DNA of 64,000 bases from Lingula anatina (GCA_051362555.1 CM120643.1:15040644-15104643), one strand, 5' to 3'. Positions 13,850 to 27,836 are shown, numbered from the stretch's first letter. Translations and numbers: made by a program. The notes: generated from the sequence alone by a model not told the origin.

Positions 13850-16800
13850 GTACGTATATTCACACACGCGCATACAGGTATTATAAAAAGACCAGCGGAG
13901 GGCAGTGCTACGTACTTTCTTTTAAAACATAATGTCGACTGCAGACTCACACTTTTCCAGAAGCTGCACTCAGGGGTCCACAGAACTAGATTTCGTATAC
14001 CTAGCATTGTAACGAAAATTGCACCCTATAAATAACTAAATCAGTAAACAAATCATAAATAAAAGAATAAATGGAATTATCTGGCAGGGAGAGGGACTAA
14101 AAATTGTTGATCACCAATGACACGTGTTCACGTTAAAAGGCACAGTCGCCGTTCGCAAAACGTGTTGGCACAGTGAGACTGTGAGGCAGATTATCCAAAA
14201 GTATATGCAAATTTGTAGATATAACCACGTTTGATATTAGTTTCATTGAGCCACGAGTCAGTGGGTATGATTTTGCGTTCTTACAATCTATATTCGAGGA
14301 TCACTTTTGAAAGTACCACCTGTACCGCTATATGGCGGCCTGCTACGATATCACCCACACTCACACAAATAGATCAGCCAGCCCTTTGGTTCCCACGTTG
14401 GACTGCGCCATTTTAACGCCATGTCCCTCCCCGTCATGTGTCATGGGGAATTTTAGTCGCATCAGATTGCACCATTTTATTTCCACATTCAAAATATTAA
14501 TGACCGATTTTCACAAGAGATTATTATTATCGTCATTTACGCTCCCTTCCTATTCTAAAAAGAAAAACAGCGCGCATACTGATTTTACACAAATATCAAA
14601 CGCCGCAACTACTGAAACTTCTTTGATCAGATCAAAGTCAACCACGTGATGAAATATATGAAAGAAGTTAAAAATGTGGGATTTTAAAGCCCCAAAATAA
14701 TTACTATGAGAAATGATATTTCAAAAAAAAATGGAGGAATATTTGGTGTATTAATCATTAAACAAGAGTTAACAAATTTCATAAACTTATTTATTTGCCA
14801 AAATGGCAACTTGTTCTTCTACACAAACCCTCACTTTTTCAAAGACGTTTATCGACTTCCGAAAATGTGACAAATATAGAAGTGGTCAACTTAGTATATG
14901 AGGCCCACTCAGATTAAGAAGCGAGAGACCTGTGGATTTATGTGTGCTTCACAAGTATGTTTTCTGCTAAAACTGTGGAGTATTATGCCTCTATGATTAG
15001 CGTTTGGGGTTCGTCGTTTGAGAAAAAAGCTATCAAAGCTGTCAGGGAGCAGATATGGAAACATTGGAACATTCCTACATGAAATATTTAGTTTCCATCG
15101 TTAAAGGTTTAAGGAGTGAATCTTTATGAAGATTTTTAAAATTTCTTATTGACTTCTGCTATATTTTAAATAAGCCATATTTCAAATGTTTATCTACTGT
15201 GAGTGTAAGAAATACTGTCAAGTCAAAAACACGCTGAGAGACGTAGTAATGACAGTTAATAGCAAAAATCAGTTCTTCTTGAGAATAATGAAAGATTGGT
15301 TGGAAAAAATGCAATTGTATACAATGATTTACTTGAAAGGAGTAGATAAGTTGGTGAACTGACATTTAAGAATCAAAAACTCTGTAAAACTCCGTTTTCA
15401 AGGAATATTTCGCAACAATAAACTACCTTCAAAACCTAACAACGTGAATAACCATGGGCCCATAAAAACGACAATTAAAAACAAACAGTAATTTATCCAG
15501 AACAAATAACATTTCACACAAGGAAGAGGTTTTAATGTAAAAGATACAAAGAAAAAGAGAAAAACGTATCCTAACTGACGATATGCGCAATAGACCTGGG
15601 CAGAAACAACTTGTTCACTTATTTTTTGAAACTCGTGCTACTACGGTAGCAAATTTGGTTCATTAGTTACTCACTTACTCACGCCAATTAACGTTAATGG
15701 AAAAAGTTCGCGTGTGGGTGGAAGCGCAATGATTAAAGGTATTGACGATCATGTTTTCGGTATTCTGAAGTGATGAGTAATGTGATGCAATTATTTAACG
15801 ATGGTATATCTGCCCTAAGGTAAGTAAGGCACCCTTCATTTAATTTAAGCTAAGACACGTACATGTATACCAAAACACTATTAGGACCGTTTTACATAAC
15901 GAATTTAATATCTGTCTCAGACAGCAGTAAAACAGAGTCTAAGGGGCTACCTCGGTTTTTTTTTTTTTTTTTTTTTTTTTTTTCAGTATTTTAACTGGGT
16001 TCCAGAGCAAATTGTCATAGTATTTACTTTGACATTTATATTCAGTGGTAACGGTGAGCCATTTAGCAATGTCTACGACATGCATGGTGGGCCAATCGTT
16101 GGTAAAATGCCATATCGCAAAGTCGACTTGATATGTAGTCGGCTATCCAAGTTTATCAGTCTTGACTAAGCTAAAAATTTTTGACTTTTGGGGGGTGAAT
16201 TTAACGTGATCAGAACTGTTACGACAACCGATTAATAGAATCCAGAAGTAAATAATAATTTCAGTATTTTTACACACACTCCAAATACTGCACTGCATTT
16301 TAAACGAAGAATACACCATGAAAGTTTATGCAAAATTCAGATATAAGTATTTATTTTCATTTTTAAGTGAAAGTAAATCCAAATTCAGATATTACTCACA
16401 TAAGAACTGTCACATTTTAAATAGACCTTTTATTAAATATCTTTACTGGTTTATATGCTAAACATAATTATGTCAAAAAAGGCCAATAAATGATCGATAA
16501 ACATTTTTATAAATATGTAATTTATAATAAATTATGAATATATATTTTTTCGTAATTAATCTAATGCCAAGAAAGCCCGCAAGAAAAATACACCTTACAA
16601 GTTTTATTTCCGCAGGTGTGTGCTCCGTAGGCTAGTCTTTGTCGTTCTACCTTATGTCAAAAGATGGCGCATGAACCAAACATAGCTGTGCTGTACAGAA
16701 GTCTATGTACACAGTCTGCAGTGTGTTATATATTCATTATCAAACAGCCACTGGTTTTTATTTTGAATGCAATCACGCAATACTGTAGACAGAGACAGAT

Positions 16801-17248
16801 GTGAAACGTGAAATGAAAGTAGAATTCAAGTTACACAGGTAGGCCTAATCAGATGGGTCAAACATAAAAAAAAAACAATTCTAAAACGCACCAGAACGTG
16901 ATAAATATAAATTTGAACTGAGATAAAGAAGCGAAATAATTTTTATTGCTATGACGAGCAATATGCAGTGAGATATAGGGGCTTAAAAGATGAGTTAAAT
17001 CTATATAGCCTACCTTGTACTCAGGTAGGCTTAAATTAAAGGCCGTCCGTAAGCACAGCAGGTGCGCCTTAATTTATACCTATGCCAGCTCAGCCTAACC
17101 TTTAAACCAGTAAACCGCGCATTAACTTCATCAAATAAACAAATAAAGCATTCATTACTAAATCCAAAATTATCAAAGAACATTTTGACAGGAACGGGGT
17201 AATCAACTGTCTTGAATTAGAGAAATTTTGAAAGAGCCCACGCTGTAG

Positions 17249-17256
17249 TGACGTCA
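17249..17256. promoter_or_regulatory. Consensus CRE palindrome TGACGTCA about 280 nt upstream of the short-isoform ATG (a second copy lies at 742-749)
   Basis: Exact 8-mer in CpG-retaining upstream DNA; function not demonstrated. Confidence 0.3.
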
Positions 17257-17533
17257 CAGCTCTGCCAAGATGAAATCTGATATTCCTACACCAGTACCTG
17301 TCTGGGATATTATTCAAGCAAGGTAGGCGCAGCAGACGATATATCATCCGTAGAACTCTCCAGGTTATCTGCCAAGTTGATGCACCGTAAATAAGTTGGT
17401 TATTTAGTACGACTTTCGGCATTTTGCAAAGGAATTCTCTCAACAGGAAAGAGGTGATTCATTCGCGGAGGATATATTCACAGAGACGTAGTTGTGCGGT
17501 CAAACACACTCAGAGCACCGATGAAGTGAAAAC

Positions 17534-17698
17534 ATGGCGACGTTTAGTTGCAGGGTCCAATTTTTGGACGATAGGGACCCATTTTCTAGCACAGCGTTCC
17601 CGGAGCCTTCTCGCCCGCCCAGTTACACATTCCTTACCAATGTACCGCTTGGTAGCCAGATCGCCGGCGTTCAGAGGCTTTTACGGGCCCCTCACAAA
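17534..17698 (+). CDS. FHOD: Short-isoform first coding exon (MATFSCRVQFLDDRDPF...RAPHK), N-terminal GBD
   Basis: aacATGG start context, recognisable FHOD N-terminus, donor AAA|gtgagt (phase 0). Confidence 0.95.
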
Positions 17699-18597
17699 GT
17701 GAGTAGCGACTGTCAAAACCTTATTATTACTGAAGATAAATAGTGCTGTTTGAACGTTCAAACTTGCGGTTTTGTTTTGAATGAAAGAAAAAGTGTTCAA
17801 ATGGGTCTAAATTCAGTCGTAAAATGTACGAACGAAGCAGAATAAATTGTAAAACCTGTTTGAATGAAACACTGAGATATTTTTCATTATGCAGTTAGCT
17901 TTAGTTTTGGATTTGTCTGCGCGTGTTATTTACATACGTCAGTCAGTTTTGTATTGAAGTGATCGTGAGTAATCAAAAGTACAGGAGTGGGAAGGAGCTT
18001 TTGTCTAGCCAGGTTTAAAATAAATGAAGCAGTCCAAACCAGTGATTAACGAGTGATGTCATCGCTGGAGTTTAAAAAACGGCTATAATATTGGTAATTG
18101 CTAATAAATATTTAAAAGCTAAAACCTCCACCTCTCATTTTCTTTACCACTGTACCACAGCTGCGACCAGTCATTAAAGAAACAGCAGTCTGTTTATGTA
18201 GGTTGATTTCTTAGTTGGGGTTAATACATCCAGCTCCAAGCGATCTGATGCCCGCTTTCTCTCCCTTTGGCTCACCTTGCAGTTGCCCACCTGAGAAACT
18301 TGGCCCAGTGATGACAGGGCTAGCTGTTTATGTTAGCCAGCATGTACATAAATAACCCCGCAAAGCTGAGGGATAGCTTTACAGCTCTATCAGCAATATG
18401 GATGGGTGGAACTTTTTTTTTTGAAAGATTTCGGCTGGTGGTAATGTCATAGGTGCTGCCATTTATCCGGCGTGCATGTGTGTGTGTGCATATACGTGTG
18501 TGCGTGCATGGGTGTTCATACTGGTAGGGCATAGGGTAGTTGCGTGTATGTATATGCCCACATGGTTGGAGGTGTAGATTATTATTATTACAAAGAT

Positions 18598-18600
<3 letters not shown>

Positions 18601-18666
<66 letters not shown>
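18601..18666. repeat. (AT)n microsatellite
   Basis: Read directly. Confidence 0.97.
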
Positions 18667-21339
18667 TGTGTAAATATACCTTTCACCCACATATATATAT
18701 ACTAAGTGATTCACTGCAGTTTAATGACAATACTATGTGTATCTATATTTGGACTTTGGTGTTTAATTTTATAGCATGATTGTTCGATTTATGATTCAGG
18801 CCTTTCAGCAAGTTATTTAGTAGTGAAGAAATACATTGATAATTAGCAGTAAAAAGTGTAAAATTTTTACGTGTTGGGTAAATTTATTTGTATGGTAATG
18901 TAACTGGATTTATTTATTTTGTGCATTCCAATTCATTAGAGCATTGAATTGTTGACTGAGGGGAGTAGTTGGGGGGAGGGGGGCAAAAGAGATGGTTCTC
19001 GAAGAAAGTACAACATTTAAAAATAAAGCCCCAAAGTCAAAAGAAGTTCACCTGTACTTTCATTCAGTATGTTTTTCCTACCCATACCCAGGATTCTAAT
19101 GGAGGTCTACTTTGTTTGATTTCTCCTGATAAATTTCAAAAGTTGTCCCAGTGATAGTAAAGAGTGTCTCTGCTGAAGTGCCATTAATTTACAGGCTGCT
19201 ATTAATGTCACTGCTTTAATGACAGGGAGGAATGTGTGACATTTCTGAAATAGTAGGTCCATGAGGAAAAGAAGGAAATTGTCCATAAGCCCTTACCTTT
19301 GTTCTTTCAACACAAATAATAACTTGTACTTATAATAAACTGATGACGTGTCATTTTATGGAAGTAGATTATGCTTTTATACTTAGACACATGCATTAGT
19401 CTATAAATAGAAATGAAAAATATGGGTAAATAGATATTATAATACATGTTCTGGCTTGGTAGTTAATATTGTGGCCCTGTTAAATGGATAGTGGAATATG
19501 TGGTGGTTATTTTGTCTCCTTGAGGCACAGGTGTGTGTGCGTGGAAGGCTTTTATGTCTTTTTGATTTATGGTTTTTATCTGATCAACAGTTTAGAATTG
19601 ACCAGTTATGATGGCAAAGTAAGAGGTGTGTGACAGTATTTGGATAATGACTATTGGCCAGTGCATAATACAACATGCCACAGAGAGGTTTTGGAGGGAG
19701 GGGGGGGGGGGGGGAGACAGACTTACCTTTTTCTCCAATATTCTTGCAGCTAGGAAACACCAGCATCATACAGCTGATTCAGTTTGGTTGATTTGATTAA
19801 TTTGATCAATATGAGTGAATTATTTTCTGCCTTAAAATGTTTTGTTTATAATGTTTCAGTTATGAAGATATAAGCATTTGAAAATGAATTTATTTATTTT
19901 TTTTAAAGTAAAGCAGTAGGAAAAGTGATGTGCTTCATTGCTTATATGCTATACTCTGTGTCTATAAAAACTGAAAAACTGTCCATTGAGGCCTGATTTT
20001 ATGCAAAATAACAGTAATTGATATTTTGCAACATAAACATTTGAACAGCATAAAGCTCTTGTGGAATTTTGATGATTTTAATTAATATATTGCTAGAAGA
20101 AATCTTCTGAAGTACTAAATTTTACAGAATAGAGTGGCTGTAAACGCCATAGCATGTGGCACACATCTGCTGCTATAACATATTAAATTATGCATAAATT
20201 TTACGAGAGATAAAGGACAACATGCAGCTTTAAAAATCTAACATCTGTGACCTCAAATTGTAAGTGTTGATTGGTATTTATTGCAGGTCGACTTATAACT
20301 TGAAAAACACTTGGAAAGTTCACTTTTGATTAATTTCATGCTGTTGTATAATAATTACATCAAAGTTACAAAGTACATGCGGACAGACTGTTGCTCAACC
20401 TTCTGTTATAGAGACAAGGTACTATTATAAACAGGTGTTCTTGTCTTGTACTTGGTGACACCAATATGGCAAGTGATAACGCCCCTAATTTGCCAAACGA
20501 AAAAAAAAAGAAATGTCAAAACTCAAACAAGAAATCAGCCCAGGTATTTCAAACATGTTATTCACTGATAACAATGCCGGTCTGCATACTTCCCAATCAA
20601 TGGAGTTATGACATGCGATGTTGTCATCTTGCATACTTCCCTGTCACAAAATAATATGTATTATTAATTATATTGCCTGGCTAGGCCCCGTCTGATGTTA
20701 TCCATCATTACTTGTTATGGCAATGCCTCAGAATTAATTTGGTACTTAAGATTGTTTCAGCTTGATTAAGAAACCAAACTAAAAAACAAGATGAAAGATC
20801 AGTCTCTGAAATGACGACATTTACAAAAGGCACTTTCAAACTGTTTTACAATGGCATGCAACCATAATTCAGTGAATGTTGATTACATCAGGTAGAGAAT
20901 CAAAACAATACAAACACATTAGGTATGCTCATGCATGTGCATACATATAAATATGCACCTGTATATAAATGTATGCACACATGTAAGCACACACTGTTGT
21001 ACACATTCTTTCACACACACATGCGCATGCAGACACTTTCTCTGTCAAACATGCACGCTCATATATCTCTATTACACATTCACACATACTCTTTCACAAA
21101 AGTACACAGGTACACACACAGTTTTTAATTGTTGAACCTTTAGTTTCCAACAAAAGTACATTCAATCTCCATCTATATATAATAGTCTATATTTTCTACC
21201 TATCTGTCACACACACATGCACACGCGCGCTCGGGTATGGGAACACGTATACACACTTTTCATTGAACCCTCAATGCCTAGTACATTAAATCACATACAC
21301 TATATCATGAAATGTATTCTATCTCCCCGTCTCCTCCAG

Positions 21340-21464
21340 CTTGAAGACTGTGCCCTCCAGCTGTTCAAGGTGAACCACTCTGGCCAGGGAGAATATGGCA
21401 CCTACTTGGACCTGGACCTAGCCTTGGAAGAACAGTGGGATGAGTTAGAGGGCTTCAATGAGCA
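21340..21464 (+). CDS. FHOD: Exon 2 (LEDCALQLF...GFNEQ), first exon shared by both isoforms
   Basis: ctcctccag|CTT ... CA|gtaagt, phase 0-2, FHOD LEDCALQ and YLDLDL motifs. Confidence 0.93.
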
Positions 21465-21533
21465 GTAAGTTAACTCATTTATAGTTGTTAATATGGAATA
21501 GGAATAAACACACCAGAATGAGCAAGGTGTGAG

Positions 21534-21536
<3 letters not shown>

Positions 21537-21585
<49 letters not shown>
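21537..21585. repeat. (GT)n microsatellite
   Basis: Read directly. Confidence 0.97.
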
Positions 21586-21588
<3 letters not shown>

Positions 21589-21789
21589 TGCACAAGTGAC
21601 TTTGCTTAATCAGACTTCAAAAATAACACAATACACTTTGCATATGTTTTTTTTTTCCACATTCCTTACTAGTAATTATTTGACATGTTTTAATAATGTA
21701 TTTATATTTCAATAAAGAATATGGGGATTTTTTTTGTTCATCATCTTTTTATTTATTCTCAATTTATCCATTCAGTGTGCCTCCTATTA

Positions 21790-23671
21790 CGGTAATGTGC
21801 CAAGCATTTCGACGGGCCCAGTCAATCCGACCACAAAAATTATTTTATAAAATTAATTTTTCTGAGCTCAAACAATTAGTCCATACGTCAAAATCATGGG
21901 ACAGAATTTTTTTCTTGTTCCGATTGTTCGACCACATCGTCGACAAGACTCGGTTAATTTTCAAGCCAGTGAAATAGATGCTGCATGCCTTGGTCCTTTG
22001 TCAATTGTTGTCCTTTCAATAGCTCTCGTCAATGAGGAAGAAACAATTAATTGAAGATCTAATCTGGAAGCATGACGTACCTGTCTTTTCCTTTGCCCCC
22101 GATGACAATGATAGTGCTTATAGACATACAAATTTTGCTAATTAAGCAGACTTGCCCTCGCTGACTGATTCATCACGCCCGTAACTGGGGAGGGGGGGGG
22201 GTTAAAAAAAGGTCTATTCTGGATGAAACCAAATATCGACAGTGGGTAGAATACGTTGTAAACACCTTCATATAGACCATATAAATAAAAAGTTTGGGAA
22301 GAATAAGCAATTTATCTTCAAGTTCGATTGAAATATATATGCAGATGGGGAAACGTTCTTGAAGTCAACACCGCAAGATCTTACATTTACTACAATCGAC
22401 CAAAAGATCAGCGGGATCGACCGCCCAGACTTCTTGGCGCCAAATACCACGCGCTGTCAAAATCTGACGAACACGTGTCGCTGTTCACCTACATGGATAA
22501 CTGATTTGTCAACAATAAAAATGACGTCTTCCTTAACTCCATGGGAGCTTCATAGAGAGTTCCACTGGGTATTTACGTTACCTGTGAGTCACTTTCTATT
22601 TCCCCAGATGCATGAAATGTTGATAATATTTAGCGTAATCCACGACGAACTCCATTCCTGTGACCCCCCTCCCCCAAAATGGGACCGTCTTTATTAACAT
22701 GTGGTTTGCGCTATGCTGGAGCAGGCCAGATAAAACCAGTCTCTCATTTCTGCATGTGCTCAATTCTCACGTCAAATTATAAATGCACCCGTTTTGTGAA
22801 AATTATGGCAAGTAAATGCTTTTTTTACGTTCGGGTTGTATCAGTGGGGTTTTTAATATGCACCGTGGTTTGTGCACAGCGGGAGTATATAAGTAAGAAA
22901 ATCGGAAGAGTGCCAGCAAGATACTGTATGTCTAACGGCACAGGTACGCTCCGTATTTTGCCTTTTCTCAATATGTTTTTATATAACATGCTTATTAAAT
23001 AAAATACTTAATAGTAATTTGAAGTTACACTGATTTCCGTTTGAGTACCAGTTGGTATTCTTTGATACGGGTGATTGAATTTTCTTCGGAAGTACGTACG
23101 TCTACGCCTCGACGCTGAGCAAGCCTTGCGGGTTGAAAACAACTGATCTCAGACTGGTGAAAAAATTCAATTCGGTTGATTTCAGTTGTCATATTAAAAT
23201 TCAAATAGGGCGTACGTAGATCACATAACTAGTTTAAGTCCACTAAAGCTACCGGTTTCAAATATAAGTGACCGGCCTTTGTTTACAACACCTGTCTCCG
23301 GGGAAATACTCGTCCCACTTGTGAAGCGCATCATGAAAGTGATCGTAGGTGAGGGAAATATATAATGAAAAATTATAATTGTCGTCTTTTTTAATGTTAT
23401 GTAATGTTAGCACATATTGTACACAGCAAAATAAGATTTCAGGAGGATAAAACATGCCTGAAACACGTGTTAGGCGAAAATTGCGGCTTATCTTGCGTAA
23501 CACTTCCGGTAAAATGCAATACTTCCGGAAAGATGGACGTTTTGGCAGATGCCCCTAACAATCCAACGATATCAAAGGTTTCCATTTGCTGTATTTTAAT
23601 CAATTCGACCAAACTGACATTTCTATTAAATTAATTAATTAATCTTGGTCGAATTGTTTGGCATATTACCG
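21790..23671. mobile_element. Non-autonomous TIR DNA transposon (about 1.9 kb) with TA target duplication, Tc1/mariner-like
   Basis: Left TA|cggtaatgtgccaagcatttcgac and right gtcgaattgtttggcatattaccg|TA form 24-bp inverted termini with 3 mismatches. The interior is CpG-richer than the flanking intron. No transposase ORF recognised. Confidence 0.8.
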
Positions 23672-26600
23672 TATATATATGCTATCAGCTACTGGTATTC
23701 TAGATTGTTATGAAATATGCCTTCTGAGCACCTCAACTTACCAAGTCACAAGCAACCCAAATGTCAAGGTGTACTTTTATCAGATCTTCAAGTTTTGCCT
23801 GTTGATTTACAAGTGGAGTGTAACACTGTAATCTCTCCAGGCCCTATTTATTGTGCAACTTTCATTGTGTGCACTTGCATAATGCATAAATACTTGGCCT
23901 GTTGAATTACAGGTGTCCTATACATGTATTCGCCAGGTATCATGTTGCACGATATTGTTTGTAGCTGTCTGGTAGCGAGTTCAGACAGGAAATAGGACCA
24001 GTTACAAATTCTGGTTTGGTAGTAAGCTACTGCTTAGGCAAATGTGTGTTCAGACAGAAAAAGACCACTGATAGTTTTTATGTGTATACTAAGCCATCAG
24101 ATAAGCTAAAGGTTTGCCTTAAAGCCATCCTTCTTTTAAGCACATTTTGTTTTACGTTGTGCAACAGACGTTTCTTAGACTGCCCCTCATCCCTGAGATG
24201 GGGGGGGGGGGGGGGAAGCTGAGTTGGTAACCACAGAGTCAAGTAAAAAAGCATCATAAGAATAGTGATAGCATCTATATAGATGGTTAATAATGGTGGT
24301 TACCGGGTTTGGTTGCAGGACAATCAGGAAGTAATGAAGGGATGGCACCTGCTTTTATAGAATAAAAGACCTGTAATTTAATATATTTTTTTCTTAATGA
24401 AATGCCTGGCTAGTTTTTTTATGCCAGGTGTATCCTTAGGTATAATAACTTTCCAGTTTGAATGAAATGGTTGGGTGAAAATTGAATTATATCTAGATTG
24501 AAGAGGCGCTCTTTTGCTGGCATATTAATAAAAGATAAATAAATAGATAAAAGTTTTTTTCTGCATACTTGTGTACTAGTACATCACTACATTACTGCTA
24601 TACCAAGAAGCAGCTCACTAGGACTGCATTTTGAAACATAGACATGTAATATGAAGTAACATATACACCGTCATTATGCAATATGTGGCAACTTTTCAGT
24701 TGCATGATTCATTACACATCAGGATTTGAAGGCACAATGACATGCGTATTTCAAAGGATCTTTTAACTTTATTGAACTTAAAATGTCACTTTTTGCAGCT
24801 GGGTGTACTTGGCATAGAAGACCTGACAACTTGGCTTAAAAGACTCGACAAGTAACAACAAAAAACAAATATCTTATGGATTAATGGTTCCACTTTTTAA
24901 TTAACAATGAGTGGTGTACTTGTCAGGACAGATGATTAGGGAAAACATCATCAAAGTAGCTTCAGTAGCATGAATGTGCCCAAAGCTAAATTGTTGTTAC
25001 CAGTATATATAATCTGTGCTAAACTCATGCTTTTTGCCTGCGGTTTGATATGATTGTCATATTACACTTAGTTTAGGAGGGAAAATGCCAGGAGACGGCC
25101 ACAAGGTAAATGTTGAACGGAATAAATTACTATATTATTATATTTGCAGATCACTATTAACAGGTAGGTGTTTAATATGGTAATTTGATGGGTTTATAGC
25201 TGGAATGCATAGATATATTTTTATTAAAAATCAGTCCTCATTATGTCACTGTGTAACTTTTTTTAATTGCAAAATTTCTGAATAAAATGAGCCAAATCAG
25301 ATTTTTGAATTTAATATATAAATGGAGAATATAATTTAAAGAAAAAGATTTATAAATAAAATGAAACCCTGTTTCATGAAATATGTGTCACACTTGGACC
25401 TGCTGCCAGTGGTGACTTGATTGCAATTAAGTTATTTGCAGAAATGGGTGGCACTAAAATGCGTCTAGATCCAGCTGGACTGGAAATATGGCGTTTCATT
25501 TTATGCGGGCACAGTGCTTCTAAGGCCCTGTTCCCATAATCCTTACTTACTAGCTGGATCGATCTAACTCCTTGGGGATTCTCACTAAATTGCATTCACT
25601 TTAAGCAGCTTAAATGTCTAGCATGCCACCTCGTAACTACAGGCATTTGGGTAAAGTTGGAAAAACTTTTTTGTCCATGATGCTGTTCATGTTGCATGAT
25701 AGATCAATCCTGCCAGAAGGATAAGGTTATGGGAACGCAGTCTAAGGAGGTAGAAGTTGAAATGTTGTCCAATATTAACTGATGACTGACATGGTAGTGA
25801 ATTACTAGTATACTGATAGATACATTGAAATGAAGTATTTAAATCCTTTTCTAAAAGCTGCTTTATAAACACTTTCAATAATTTGCCCTGTTACATCTTA
25901 AACTGTAAGAAGTTTGTTTGAAGTAATTCATTTTGAAGAGCAGTTATGGTTCAAAAATTCAATAAAAAAACAAAAATCAAGCAAGCTTTTGTCCCTTGGT
26001 TAGATATTTTAAGGGTACAGGTGCAGATCTGTGTTGCAAAAGGTGTCCAGTGGTCTTGTATTAGCTAAGATATACCTGTACACAGGAATAAAAAGAAACC
26101 AGGACATGGGCTATAGGCACAATTGTTCAGGGGTTAATGTAGAGAGGACTTGTTTTGAGACATGCAGTATTTGTGTGAAGAGCAGTGTTATAAAACCAAC
26201 AATGTACGATGTTGCTGCAATAGAAAGAGGTTTTCAGAGAGGTGACATGCAATGTATGTGTAGCAAGAACAGATTGTTAGTAAACGACACACAATATATG
26301 TGATGGGATAGAGGATGTGCATTGAAGGGATTACTTCTTTGTGTCAATGGGTGTAATTTGGGACAGCCCCGTCAAGAAATGTTACAAGAAGAGGGAATCG
26401 AAAATGGAAATGATATCTTTTGTCATTGCGGCTTTTGTCAACTTATTTTCCACCTGGCCAAAGAGAGTTGTCAGCTTTTGTCAGTTGGACATTAAGAGTG
26501 ACAGTTAAATTTATCAAGGAGTGTAGATTTACTGTAAACCTTCTGAATGATTCTCGGGCACATTCTTGCAGTCAGTGTTTACTGTTCAGTAGCAATATTT

Positions 26601-27777
26601 CTCTGTCAGTTTTCCTCACTTTGTGTGTATATTTCTTTCAAAAATAGAAAGGAAAAAAAAAACGCTTGAGTAAAAAGTACACAGTAGATGTCTATCTCTG
26701 ACAATTCCAAAAAAAATTACCAATTTGTATTTAAAATACGGTGCCTTTAATAGGGGAGGCACATAAAAGCTCAATTATCTCTGATTGAAAGAAATCTAGA
26801 GGAAACGTAGCACCTACCTTGTACACAAAAGGGAAATATCTTGAATATTTATATCATCATGATTTTTGCGACTCCACCCAATTTTTCGCACGAAGCACCT
26901 GCATCATTTGTACATTGTCCTGTTTTATTGATTATTAGTTGAAAATGTTATTAAAACAGCTGATGTGTATATTGAAACTGGGGGCGTTGGAGCAATAGAG
27001 AGTCTATTGAACATGTGTTTTTGTTGAAATGACAGAAAAATCAAAAGCAAACAGTTATAACAATGTCGACTGTAATCTTAAACAAGTTGAAGTAGAAAAA
27101 CAAACAAGGGCAAACAGTTAAGTCTAGTAACAGGAGCACCTGTTGTGAGAGAGGTGAGAGAAAATATTTGATTTTGAAAAATAAACCCGATTCATTTTTG
27201 CTCAAAGAGAAGGTCGTATTGCCTTCCATTGGGGTGCATGTAATTTCTGATTTACAAAGGGAAGTACTCACTTAAGGTGTTAAAGTATTCACTCTCTCAA
27301 ATTGTGTTTTGAATCAACTGCTGGGTTGAATTTGTATAAAAATTGAAGCCAGAGGATGGGGAAATAGTTTGACAAGTTATAACCGGCAGGAGCTGATTTG
27401 TTTAGAAAATTGTATTTCAACCTGCCCTTCTATATTCGGTGAAATTATATATTTCTCTTTTCAAAAATATTATTGTCCTTCCTTTGAAAATATAGCTTTA
27501 ATCTCTGCTTCATTAAGAAATGGTATTTTTTCTCTCCTCCTTTTCCTTTGAAATTATAATATCCATCTTCTTTCCCCCTTTTATAAAAATTATAATTTTG
27601 GATTCCCCAGTTAAAAGATAATTTGATCACCTCGTCTTTACAGGAGGAATATTTATCTCCTTTTATTTCAGATGAAGGTAATTATATTATAACCACTTAT
27701 TTTTGTCACCAGTTCTATGTTTATAGCCTCTTGTTCTTAAGTGTGTTGAATATGATTATCTTTTCCTTTCTTTTCAG

Positions 27778-27836
27778 ACGCAAGAACACAATAATTCTTC
27801 GTACACAGTTATCAGTCCGTGTTCACGCATGTATAG
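27778..27836 (+). CDS. FHOD: Exon 3 (RKNTIILRTQLSVRVHACI)
   Basis: ttttcag|A ... G|gtaagt, phase 2-1. Confidence 0.95.

Noticed and set aside
5606-14007. Many antisense and alternate-frame ORFs overlapping exons L2 and L3
   Set aside because: Expected shadow ORFs of biased, repetitive coding sequence; no recognisable protein features.
7115-14035. The 2,306-aa ORF as a stand-alone intronless gene starting at GTG
   Set aside because: The GTG directly follows a splice acceptor, and a phase-compatible donor lies at 13849, so it is better read as an internal exon.
17447-17533. Giant exon splicing into the acceptor at 17447 to retain the full GBD
   Set aside because: The phase matches but the frame hits TAG after ERGDSFAEDIFTET, before ATG 17534.
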